From Nitrospirota bacterium (lineage in GTDB: Bacteria; Nitrospirota; Thermodesulfovibrionia; Thermodesulfovibrionales; JdFR-88): a DNA stretch of 64,000 nucleotides. The stretch is taken from NCBI GenBank assembly GCA_021813765.1, contig JAKAJM010000003.1:8883-72882 (forward strand), given 5' to 3'. Position numbers and translations under genes: made by a program. The notes beneath the pieces were generated by a model. The model was not told the DNA's origin and did no database searches. It was given only the letters and a program-made list of their open reading frames with translations. Of this stretch, positions 18,869 to 26,908 are shown piece by piece (the first letter of the stretch is position 1; each line of letters starts with the position of its first letter).

Positions 18869-18877
18869 TGTTATAAT
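18869..18877 (+). promoter_or_regulatory. Extended -10 promoter element (TGtTATAAT) 8 nt upstream of the nrpR-like ATG
   Basis: TGTTATAAT was read at 18869-18877. The ATG is at 18886. There is no SD between them, which implies a leaderless or near-leaderless mRNA. Confidence 0.4.
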
Positions 18878-18885
18878 AATCCCTA

Positions 18886-19863
18886 ATGAACAAGGTTCTG
18901 CCCTCCATCCTTAAGGTGCTTGGGAAGCATGAGGAAACGGTCATTGGCTCCCGCGAGATATCAAGGGAGCTTAAGCTGATGGGCGTAGCCCTTTCGGAGC
19001 GGACTGTAAGGTATTACATGAAGCTGCTTGATGAAAGGGGTTTTACCAGGGTCTACGGAAAGGAAGGCAGGAAGATAACGGAGAAGGGCAAGCAGGAGCT
19101 TTCGAAGGCGCTGGTTTCGGACAAGCTGGGCTTCGTCATAAGCCGCATAGACACGCTCTCCTTCCTCGCTGATTTCGACCTTCAGACGATGAAGGGAAAG
19201 ATCATCCTGAACGTCTCATACATACCGGAGCGTCATTTCCACGAGGCGCTCAAAAAGATGAAGGCCGTCTTTTTGTCCCCTTACACCATGAGCGACAGAG
19301 TTGCCGTGGCCGCGGGAGGACAGACAATGGGCGAGGGCCTGGTGCCTGAAGGCATGATAGCCCTTGGCACCGTTTGCAGCGTGACCATAAACGGGATATT
19401 CCTTAAAGCGGGCATCCCGGTGGTTTCGAGGTTCGGCGGGCTGCTTGAGGTGGAGGACAAGAAGGCCAAGCGGTTCGTCTCTCTCATAAGCTACGAGGGT
19501 TCTTCCCTGGACCCGCTTGAGATATTCATAAAAAGCGGGATGACGGACGTGGCAGGCGCGGTAGGAACAGGGGAAGGAAAGGTGCTGGCCAGCTTCAGGG
19601 AGATACCGGCGGTGTGCATTGACAGGGCGCACAAGACAGCCGAGGGGCTCAGGGAAAGCGGCATAGGGGGGATAATAAAGATAGGCGAGCCAAATAACGC
19701 GCTCTTTGAAATACCTGTCGGCATGGACAGGGCGGGAATGGCGATAACCGGCGGCCTGAACCCCATGGCAGTCCTTGAGGAGATGGATATAAAGGCCCAG
19801 ACCAAGGCCATGTCCACCCTTTACGAATATTCGGCGCTGGTCCCGTTCAAGTCGCTTCTGTAA
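18886..19863 (+). CDS. nrpR: NrpR-family regulator (wHTH plus one NrpR/DUF128 domain), archaeal-type nitrogen repressor homologue
   Basis: 325 aa. 'SERTVRYYMKLLDERGFT', 'GFVISRI', 'ILNVSY', 'GTVCSVTINGIFLKAGIPV', 'RFVSLISYEGSSLDPLEIF' and 'GEGKVLASFREIP' match the conserved blocks I recall from methanogen NrpR proteins. Confidence 0.75.
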   Translation: MNKVLPSILKVLGKHEETVIGSREISRELKLMGVALSERTVRYYMKLLDERGFTRVYGKEGRKITEKGKQELSKALVSDKLGFVISRIDTLSFLADFDLQTMKGKIILNVSYIPERHFHEALKKMKAVFLSPYTMSDRVAVAAGGQTMGEGLVPEGMIALGTVCSVTINGIFLKAGIPVVSRFGGLLEVEDKKAKRFVSLISYEGSSLDPLEIFIKSGMTDVAGAVGTGEGKVLASFREIPAVCIDRAHKTAEGLRESGIGGIIKIGEPNNALFEIPVGMDRAGMAITGGLNPMAVLEEMDIKAQTKAMSTLYEYSALVPFKSLL

Positions 19864-19871
19864 AAAAAGAA

Positions 19872-20594
19872 TCAATTAGGGGTTTTTTGTTCCATGACCT
19901 CCCGGGCCTTCATATAGTCTGAGAGGGCCTGCGCGTTTTCACCTTTTTTCTCATGGCAGAGGCCGCGTATCCTGTAGGCGGATGCGTCCAGGGGGTTAAG
20001 CTTCAAGGCCATGTCCAGGTCGGAGATTGCCCGGTTGTATTCGCCTTTCTTTTCATGGGAAAGCCCTCGCCCCTTGTATGCGCCCGCATCCAGTGGATTA
20101 AGCGCTATAGCCTTGTCGAAATCGGAAATGGCGCGGCCATACCAGCCCTTGTTTATGTAGAAGACCCCGCGGACGTCATAGGCATTGACGTCCAGAGGGT
20201 TCAGTTTTAAGGCTTTCGAGAAGTCGGCTATAGCCATGTCATATAGGCCCTTGTATCCGTAGGCTACGGCGCGGCCGTCATAGGCGTCGGTAAACGCGGG
20301 GTCAAGTGAGAGGGCCTTGTTGAAATCGGAAATGGCATGGCCGTAACGCTCCTCGTAGATGTATGCGGCGCCCCTTTCAAAGAACAAAACCGCCAGGTCT
20401 TTCCCGGAGTAGTTTCCAGAGCCTATCTCTTTCGTGCAGGAACTGACTGCCATGTCATACTGCCTGATGGTCAGATAGCCCTTGCACCAGTCCGTTGCCG
20501 CCGCCGTCCCGGGGGAAAAGAAAAAGAAAAAAAACATAACGGCAAGGAGGAGCGCGCCTGCTCTGAACATTTTTGTTTTTATTTCCGCTCCCAT
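19872..20594 (-). CDS. Secreted TPR repeat protein (paralogue of 1940-3085)
   Basis: 240 aa. The signal peptide 'MFRAGALLLAVMFFFFFFSPGTAAA/TDWC' is followed by about 5 TPR units ('AISDFNKALSLDP','AIADFSKALKLNP','AISDFDKAIALNP','AISDLDMALKLNP'). The gene lies 31 nt downstream of the kinase gene. Confidence 0.85.
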   Translation of the reverse strand: MGAEIKTKMFRAGALLLAVMFFFFFFSPGTAAATDWCKGYLTIRQYDMAVSSCTKEIGSGNYSGKDLAVLFFERGAAYIYEERYGHAISDFNKALSLDPAFTDAYDGRAVAYGYKGLYDMAIADFSKALKLNPLDVNAYDVRGVFYINKGWYGRAISDFDKAIALNPLDAGAYKGRGLSHEKKGEYNRAISDLDMALKLNPLDASAYRIRGLCHEKKGENAQALSDYMKAREVMEQKTPN

Positions 20595-20625
20595 GGCTCA
20601 ATGCTATTTGCTGGATGCTCCGCTG

Positions 20626-22917
20626 TCAAGCGTAAGGGCTGCTTCCCCCTCCGTCCTCCGGGGCCGCCTCCGGGATGAATATGTCCACCGCCGTGCCTTC
20701 GTTCTCATGGCTGGTGATCTCCACGTGTCCCTGCATTTTGGAGACCATTTTCTTCACTATGGCGAGGCCCAGGCCCGTGCCGTGGGGTTTTGTCGTAAAG
20801 AAAGGCCTGAACAGGTTTTTAAGCTGCTGAGGGGTCATGCCTTTGCCGTTGTCCTCCACGCGAAACAGAATAAGACTGTTCACCTTGTGTGCGCTTATCC
20901 TGATCTTCGGGTTTTCCCTGCCCGCCAGGGCGTCAAACGCATTCGTCACGATGTTGAGGAGCACCTGGGCGAATGCCCTTTCGTCCACATATGCCTTTTG
21001 AACGCCGGGCGAGATCTCGCTTTCCACCTTGATGCCTCTTTTTTTGGCGTCGTCGGTCACCAGGGCCAGGAACCTCCCGACCATTTCGGGAACTTCAACC
21101 TGTTTAAGGGTGACCGATTCAAACAGGTTGAAGTTCCGCAGGGATTTAAGCAGGAAGTCGAGCCTGGACATCTGTTCCCTTGTTCTGTTTATGTATTCCT
21201 CTATCTGTTCGTGGCTGAGATTTTTAAGTTTCCGTTTCAGCACGTCCAGCGTTATCGACGCGGTAACGACGGGGTTTGCTATCTCGTGCCTTATGCCGCT
21301 GAATATGTACCCGATGTTTTCCATCAGGTTTGCGGCCTCCGCGATGGTCTCAAGCCGTCTTCTTTCGGTAATGTCCGTGACCATTGAGACGAAGCCTTCG
21401 TATACGCCGCCCGGGCCAATCCTGGGGCTTGTAGAAACGATGGCCCATACCTCCCTGCCCCCTCTGGACCGGAACCTGAAGTCAAAGTTCTTCTCCGCAG
21501 CCCCTTTTTTCCGCCTCTCCTGCCTGGCCCTGAATTCAGCCACGGCCCTTTCGTCCATGAAGTCCGTTATCAGACGTCCGGTCAGGTCCTCCTTTTTAAG
21601 GTCCAGCATCCTGGCCATGCTTTCATTTGCAAAGGTTATCCTCTCTTTCGCGTCAACGGCTACCACGCCCTCCCGCGCCGTCTCCACTATCGTCCTGTAG
21701 CGCTCTTCGGTGGCCCTCAACTCCTTAGCCCTTGCCTCTGCCAGTCTTTCAAGGTCCTCCTCATGCATTCTGATGTGCTCTTCCGCCTGTTTCCGCTTCA
21801 GGACCATTTCATTGAACGCCCCGGCAAGCTCACCCAGCTCGTCCGGAGAACTGACCTCTGTCCTTATGTCCAGGTTCCCTTTGCCGATAGACCTGGCCGC
21901 CCCGGCGACCTTCTGGAGAGGGCCGGTAATGAGCCGGGAGATGACGACGCCCGCCGAAAAGGTTATCAGGAAGAAGACTGCCGCAATCTCAAGCAGCGTG
22001 CTGTCGGCCCGTCTGGCAAGTGCAACATACCCGGTAATGTCGGTAAGCGCAAGGATGGCGCCGATTGGCTGCCCAGCTGCGTTTTTAAGGAGAAAACCTC
22101 CGCACATGAAAGTCGCCGCGCCGTGCCGCTCTTCCGCAAGCACGCCCCTGCCGGCCTCCACCCTGCTTATGTTTTCCTCGGTGAAGCATACCTGCCCTAG
22201 TTTTTCTTTCCCCCTGCCCGCCCCGGTGCTTCCAAGCACCACATGATTTTTCATATCGTTCCAGTTGTCCCGGCCCCCTTTTGCCCTGACCACGGACTCC
22301 CATTGCCGCCTGTCCATATACCGCTTGTCAGCGATTATTGAAAATTCGTCCCTGGTCCGGTCTTTCAGGAATTTCAGGAAATGGTTTATCCCTTCGGCAA
22401 GCTCCAGGTACCCTATGACCTTTCCGCTTTTGAAATACGGCATAAAGGCCCTGAGAGCAAACGAGGTCTTCCCAAGCTCTATCCCCCATGCAGGCTTTCC
22501 TGTCTGCCTGGCCCTTAAAAAGGAGGACTGGCGGGCCATGTCTCCGTAGATTTTTTTGTCATGCATCCTCAAGAAGACCCTCCCGTCCGGAAGGATGAAA
22601 TAAAAACGGGTGATACCCGTCTTGCCCTTCAGGCCGTTAAATGCCGGCAGAGCGCAGGCATAGAGTTTGTCCCTGTCCTTTTCGAGATACGCCGCCTTTA
22701 TTTCCGGGTCCCGGGATAGGACCTCCAGGGCGCCAAGGAGCATCTTTGTCTCACCTTCTTCCAGGTCGTCGAAAGAGTCTTTTACTTCCTTTAAATGCTC
22801 ACGGGCCATCTGCCTGAAGGCCGTCTGCTGGCCATGCAACCCTGCCAGATAGAAAAGGGCGGTCAGCGATATTGAAAATATCAGGAAGGTGGCCGGCAGC
22901 TTATAGCGGATCTTCAT
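20626..22917 (-). CDS. Sensor histidine kinase (TM - extracytoplasmic Cache-like domain - TM - HAMP - PAS - HisKA - HATPase_c)
   Basis: 763 aa. It has HAMP 'PLQKVAGAARSIGKGNLD...ELGELAGAFNEMV', a PAS segment, H-box 'GIRHEIANPV', N-box 'LLNIVTNAFDA' and G-boxes 'VEDNGKGM' and 'GTGLGLAIV'. Confidence 0.92.
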   Translation of the reverse strand: MKIRYKLPATFLIFSISLTALFYLAGLHGQQTAFRQMAREHLKEVKDSFDDLEEGETKMLLGALEVLSRDPEIKAAYLEKDRDKLYACALPAFNGLKGKTGITRFYFILPDGRVFLRMHDKKIYGDMARQSSFLRARQTGKPAWGIELGKTSFALRAFMPYFKSGKVIGYLELAEGINHFLKFLKDRTRDEFSIIADKRYMDRRQWESVVRAKGGRDNWNDMKNHVVLGSTGAGRGKEKLGQVCFTEENISRVEAGRGVLAEERHGAATFMCGGFLLKNAAGQPIGAILALTDITGYVALARRADSTLLEIAAVFFLITFSAGVVISRLITGPLQKVAGAARSIGKGNLDIRTEVSSPDELGELAGAFNEMVLKRKQAEEHIRMHEEDLERLAEARAKELRATEERYRTIVETAREGVVAVDAKERITFANESMARMLDLKKEDLTGRLITDFMDERAVAEFRARQERRKKGAAEKNFDFRFRSRGGREVWAIVSTSPRIGPGGVYEGFVSMVTDITERRRLETIAEAANLMENIGYIFSGIRHEIANPVVTASITLDVLKRKLKNLSHEQIEEYINRTREQMSRLDFLLKSLRNFNLFESVTLKQVEVPEMVGRFLALVTDDAKKRGIKVESEISPGVQKAYVDERAFAQVLLNIVTNAFDALAGRENPKIRISAHKVNSLILFRVEDNGKGMTPQQLKNLFRPFFTTKPHGTGLGLAIVKKMVSKMQGHVEITSHENEGTAVDIFIPEAAPEDGGGSSPYA

Positions 22918-23190
22918 GGCTTATTCCCCGGGCGGTAAAGTTTTGTTTTTTTTGCGCGGCCTTATTGAAATTGTATCACTGAATGCGGAGAATGTTATCC
23001 AGGCGTTTTCTGTCAGCCACGGGGCGGCCTTTGCTCTCATGTCACCCGCCACTCTGCCCTTGTATCGAGTGGCTTCCCCCATACAATGCGGGGAGGGGAT
23101 GGATGGGCTTAAATAAAAGGGCTGTGCACGCTCGCCTGCAGGATTTCCGGAAGAACCATATTTCTTTGTTCAAGGCTTCATAATTGCTGT

Positions 23191-23212
23191 TAAAAAAGCC
23201 CGGCGCGGGCGC
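23191..23212 (-). terminator. Candidate rho-independent terminator after deoB
   Basis: On the minus strand, a short gcccg/cgggc stem is followed directly by TTTTTT, about 65 nt after the stop at 23276. The stem is weak. Confidence 0.4.
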
Positions 23213-23275
23213 TTTTCGGTTTTTCCAAAAGGGGAGACGGATTTTTTATCTTTGGTGCTGGAAAGCCGGGCAGGC

Positions 23276-24478
23276 TCAGGGCAGATAAAAGCTTTTTCCT
23301 CCTGGGCTCTTTATGCCAAAAATATCTGCGACTGTTGCGCCAAGGTCCATGAACCCCTGCCTCACTCCCAGGTCCATTCCTGCTCCGCACCTCCGCCCTT
23401 CCAAGAAGAGGACTGGCACCAGCTCCCGGGTGTGGTCGGTCCCGGGCGTGGTCGGGTCATTCCCGTGGTCCGCTGTTATGAAGAGACTGTCCTCCGCGTC
23501 AAGAATCGGAAGAAGGCCGCCCAGCAGGCTGTCAAACTCGGCAAGAGCGCGGGCAAAACCGGCAGGGTCGTTCCTGTGCCCGTACAGTGTGTCGAAATCG
23601 TTCAGGTTTGCAAATATCAGGCATTGCCTTTCCGACTTTACGAGCTTCGATAACTCCTCCATCCCTTGTCTGTTGCCTGAGATCTTGACCGTCCCTGCGG
23701 AAAACCCGCGCATGTCGAACATCTCCGCGACCTTGCCAACAGAAAAAACCGGGACGCCATTTGCAGAAAGCATGTCGATCACCGTTTCTCCGGGCGGCGG
23801 CTGCGGAAAGTCTTTTCTTTTTTCGGGTATCCGCCTGAAGCTGCCGGGTGTCCCCTCAAAAGGTCTTGCGATAACGCGGCAGACGTTTCTGCCCGGGCCG
23901 GTCATCATGCGGCGCGCCTTTTCGCATATGCCGTAAAGCTCAGCCGCCCCCATGACCGCGGTGTGCGCCGCTATCTGAAACACGCTGTCCGCGGACGTAT
24001 AGACTATCAGCGCTCCAGTCTTCAGGTGCTCGGGGCCAAGCTCCTCTATTATTGCCGTGCCCGAGGCGGCCTTGTTGCCAATGGCTTTCCTGCCGGAGGT
24101 CTCTTCGAACTCGCGTATGATGTTCTGCGGGAACCCTTCAGGGAACGTGGGGAAAGGCTCCGTGTTCAGGATGCCCATCATCTCCCAGTGGCCGGTTATA
24201 GTGTCCTTTCCCGCGCTCAGTTCCCGCATAAGCCCGTAGGAGGCAAACGGCGCATTCGCGGGCGCTATGGCAGGCAGGGGCGCAATATTGCCAAGCCCCA
24301 GCTTTTCAAGCACGGGCAGACCGGCAAAAGCTCCATTTGCGACGGCCCTTTGAAGGACGTGCCCGAGCGTGTTCGGGCAGATGTCCCCGTACTGGGCGGA
24401 ATCCGGAGCGGGGCCAGCACCCACCCCGTCCAGCACTATGATTATGGCCTTTCCATTTTTTCCGTTTTTTCTTTTCAT
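23276..24478 (-). CDS. deoB: Phosphopentomutase
   Basis: 400 aa from ATG 24478. It carries 'IIIVLDGVGAG', 'GNKAASGT.II.ELG' and 'ITADHGNDPT..GTDHTRE'. The ATG overlaps the upstream stop (ATGA). Confidence 0.93.
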   Translation of the reverse strand: MKRKNGKNGKAIIIVLDGVGAGPAPDSAQYGDICPNTLGHVLQRAVANGAFAGLPVLEKLGLGNIAPLPAIAPANAPFASYGLMRELSAGKDTITGHWEMMGILNTEPFPTFPEGFPQNIIREFEETSGRKAIGNKAASGTAIIEELGPEHLKTGALIVYTSADSVFQIAAHTAVMGAAELYGICEKARRMMTGPGRNVCRVIARPFEGTPGSFRRIPEKRKDFPQPPPGETVIDMLSANGVPVFSVGKVAEMFDMRGFSAGTVKISGNRQGMEELSKLVKSERQCLIFANLNDFDTLYGHRNDPAGFARALAEFDSLLGGLLPILDAEDSLFITADHGNDPTTPGTDHTRELVPVLFLEGRRCGAGMDLGVRQGFMDLGATVADIFGIKSPGGKSFYLP

Positions 24479-25083
24479 GGCAGGGGGCGGGCGGCCATTA
24501 TGATGTTCGTTATGCCAAGGCGCATCATCATCACCGCGATTGCCGCAAGCATCAGGAGCATTATCTTCGAGAATACAAGAATGCCGCCGCGGCCGAAATA
24601 CCTGACCACCCTGCCGGCCTGGGTGAAGAACACCCACACCAGGGTCAGGTTAAGGGCCAGGCTTGCCGCAGTAAATAACACGCCGTAGCGGTCCAGAAGG
24701 ACGATAAGGGTCGTAAGCACAGCGGGCCCCACTATGAGCGGCACCCCGATGGGCACCGCCCCGAACTTCCCGGTGGGCCTTCTTGTCTCTCCCCAGGATA
24801 TGAGGTCCCGTACCGCAAATATCAGAAGCACAAGGCCGCCTGCTATCTTGAAGTCGTCCGAGGTGATGCCAAGCGCCTTGAAGACCGCCTCTCCCAGTGC
24901 AAGGAAACCAGCGCTTACTATGACGGCCGTGAGCACGGAGTCCCGGATTATCCCCTTGACTGCCTGCTTGTCCAACCCCTCCGTAAGAGAAATGAAAATG
25001 CCAAGGGCGGCAAAGACGTCCATGGCCACGAAAAGGGGGATGAAAGTGCCAAGCATGCCGTTAATGAACCACTTTAGCATCAA
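24475..25083 (-). CDS. MarC-family (UPF0056) integral membrane protein
   Basis: 202 aa with 6 predicted TM helices. The N-terminal 'FIPLFVAMDVFAALGIF' and the overall layout are typical of MarC/YhgN. The start overlaps the upstream stop (ATGA). Confidence 0.75.
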   Translation of the reverse strand: MMLKWFINGMLGTFIPLFVAMDVFAALGIFISLTEGLDKQAVKGIIRDSVLTAVIVSAGFLALGEAVFKALGITSDDFKIAGGLVLLIFAVRDLISWGETRRPTGKFGAVPIGVPLIVGPAVLTTLIVLLDRYGVLFTAASLALNLTLVWVFFTQAGRVVRYFGRGGILVFSKIMLLMLAAIAVMMMRLGITNIIMAARPLP

Positions 25084-25643
25084 AGGCCCAGCCCTTCGGC
25101 AACCGCCGCCACGCGCTCGTTTATATCCACCATGCCGCGGCCGATGCGAATGACCCTGGCCTTTAGCCTGGGGTCTGCCGCAAGCCCAAGCACAAGATAG
25201 TTCAGGTGCTCTATGTAGGCCCGGTTAAGAGCTGCCTTGCCCGCTTCGGGAATCAGGCGTATCCCCGGCTGCACTACCACCAGCGCATCAAAGAAGCGGT
25301 CCGTGGTGGAGAAGCAGTCCTCCAGGTAGCCTTCCACCTCGGTAAAGTCGGCCTCTGTGCCGCCCTGGATGTCGCCAAGCATATAGGCCATCATATCAAT
25401 CGGGGTCCTGTCAGTGATGAACCTCTCCCCGGCCTTCTCCCATATGTCTCTTGCGGCCGCGAGCGTCTCTTTCTGTACCCACAGTCTTTCCTTGAACCCC
25501 ATCGCCGCGGCGGGGTCCAGCCCGGCACGCCTGAAGACCTCGGAAGTGCACGTCCTTATAAAGGGCATGCCGGTTTTTCGCGAGATGGCTTCCGCAAGCG
25601 TGGTCTTTCCTGTCCTGTGGCTTCCGCAAAGTCCTATGCGCAT
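25080..25643 (-). CDS. P-loop kinase-like ATPase (AAA_28 / NadR-RNK / deoxynucleoside-kinase-like)
   Basis: It has Walker A 'GSHRTGKTT' at the N-terminus and a 'FITDRTPID' (DR) motif, which together suggest a small-molecule kinase fold. The start could instead be GTG 25679. Confidence 0.6.
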   Translation of the reverse strand: MRIGLCGSHRTGKTTLAEAISRKTGMPFIRTCTSEVFRRAGLDPAAAMGFKERLWVQKETLAAARDIWEKAGERFITDRTPIDMMAYMLGDIQGGTEADFTEVEGYLEDCFSTTDRFFDALVVVQPGIRLIPEAGKAALNRAYIEHLNYLVLGLAADPRLKARVIRIGRGMVDINERVAAVAEGLGL

Positions 25644-25739
25644 GACATCTATATTACAGCAAAAAAGGCCGTCTCTCACAGCGCCGGCAGTGTCTCTGTT
25701 TGCTAGCCGGACTGAGACGATACCCCGGCGTCATTGGGC

Positions 25740-25768
25740 TTGACACGGACCGCATTTCCACCTAACAT
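25740..25768 (+). promoter_or_regulatory. Sigma70-like promoter (TTGACA-N17-TAACAT)
   Basis: Read directly at 25740-25745 and 25763-25768. The first downstream ORF on this strand starts about 250 nt later (26022). Confidence 0.35.
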
Positions 25769-26021
25769 TCCCTTATTGCGGCTGCCACTCCCTGAAGATC
25801 ATGGCTTAACGCCATGAGCATACCGGCCTGAAATGGCCTTTATATAGATACCTGAACAAGAAAATACCTTGCTTTTTTAATAGATGGCGGAGTTCTCCCT
25901 TTTAAGAGGGGTGCGCCGGCGGCGCCGCCCGGTATTGCTCCGCAACGAGCGCGGCACCCCCGGGAGCTTCCGAAGATAAAAATTTACTTTCTCTGTAATT
26001 TTTGCATTGAAGGAGGGGACA

Positions 26022-26234
26022 ATGGATTACGGAAAGGTCCTGGCATGGGCCAGGGACAAGGCATCCAGACTTATCACGGTAAGGGACATTTTTTTCTTCG
26101 CGCTTGGCTCCGCCATCGCTTTCTATGCGGCCTTTCACATCTACATATGGAGAATGGGAGAAGCGAAGAAGGTGGGGGCAATCGTGTTTGAAAATACCCC
26201 GTATATTTTTAAACAGACCGTAACCCCGCAATAA
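26022..26234 (+). CDS. Small single-pass membrane protein (70 aa), hypothetical
   Basis: AGGAGGGG SD lies 5 nt upstream of ATG 26022. One TM is present, 'IFFFALGSAIAFYAAFHIYIW'. Confidence 0.55.
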   Translation: MDYGKVLAWARDKASRLITVRDIFFFALGSAIAFYAAFHIYIWRMGEAKKVGAIVFENTPYIFKQTVTPQ

Positions 26235-26249
26235 AGGAGCTCGTAAAAA

Positions 26250-26435
26250 ATGAAGATAGGAGAGGCCAAACTTTGTGTGAACTGCGAAGAGGTTTTTTCT
26301 TATAACGACTCAAGAGACGGCAGCTGCCCCGTTTGCGGCTCGGTTGTCACCATTTTCGTCAACCGGGCATGGGCAAACATGAACAGCGAGCCCGTAAATG
26401 CCGGGAAGGAAGTTTTTACGCGTGCTGCGCACTAG
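26250..26435 (+). CDS. Small zinc-ribbon protein (61 aa), hypothetical
   Basis: It has a CxxC-N14-CxxC arrangement ('CVNCEEVFSYNDSRDGSCPVCG'). An AGGAG SD is present. The start is 15 nt after the previous stop. Confidence 0.55.
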   Translation: MKIGEAKLCVNCEEVFSYNDSRDGSCPVCGSVVTIFVNRAWANMNSEPVNAGKEVFTRAAH

Positions 26436-26898
26436 AGTCGGGGTTTTCGTGCTCGTAGCCCTGAACTGGGTCCTGATATACAGGTTCATGTTCATTATCG
26501 TCCCCTTGCAGATAGAGGACCGGAAACAGGTGCAGATAGAGAGGCTGATAGAGAGGTTCCATTTGCCTGAGAATCTCGCTAAAAGTTTTTATGATATCGG
26601 AACGGACACTCACCTGGACCCGTTTCTTCTTTGCTCCATTGCCGAGACGGAAAGCGGGTTCAGGCTGAACGCAATAAGCCCCAAAAACTACAAGGGGATA
26701 CTGCAGACCCCGGTTGCGACCATGAAATGGGCGGATGTGGACATTCTTATCGGGGCCAGGATATTGAAGGACAAGCTCTGGGCATCCAACGGCGATCTCC
26801 TCAGAGCGCTACAGCTTTATAAGGGTGGCAATAACCCGGAGGCCCTGAAAGAGGCAAAACAGGTGCTCCGCATATATGACGTATGCAAAGCTGACTAG
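26398..26898 (+). CDS. Membrane-anchored lytic transglycosylase (SLT domain)
   Basis: An N-terminal TM 'VFVLVALNWVLIYRFMFIIV' is followed by the catalytic 'IAETESGF' and 'KGILQTP' motifs. The start is uncertain (ATG 26398 or GTG 26422). Either start overlaps the zinc-ribbon ORF. Confidence 0.8.
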   Translation: MPGRKFLRVLRTRVGVFVLVALNWVLIYRFMFIIVPLQIEDRKQVQIERLIERFHLPENLAKSFYDIGTDTHLDPFLLCSIAETESGFRLNAISPKNYKGILQTPVATMKWADVDILIGARILKDKLWASNGDLLRALQLYKGGNNPEALKEAKQVLRIYDVCKAD

Positions 26899-26908
26899 AA
26901 CGGAGGCC

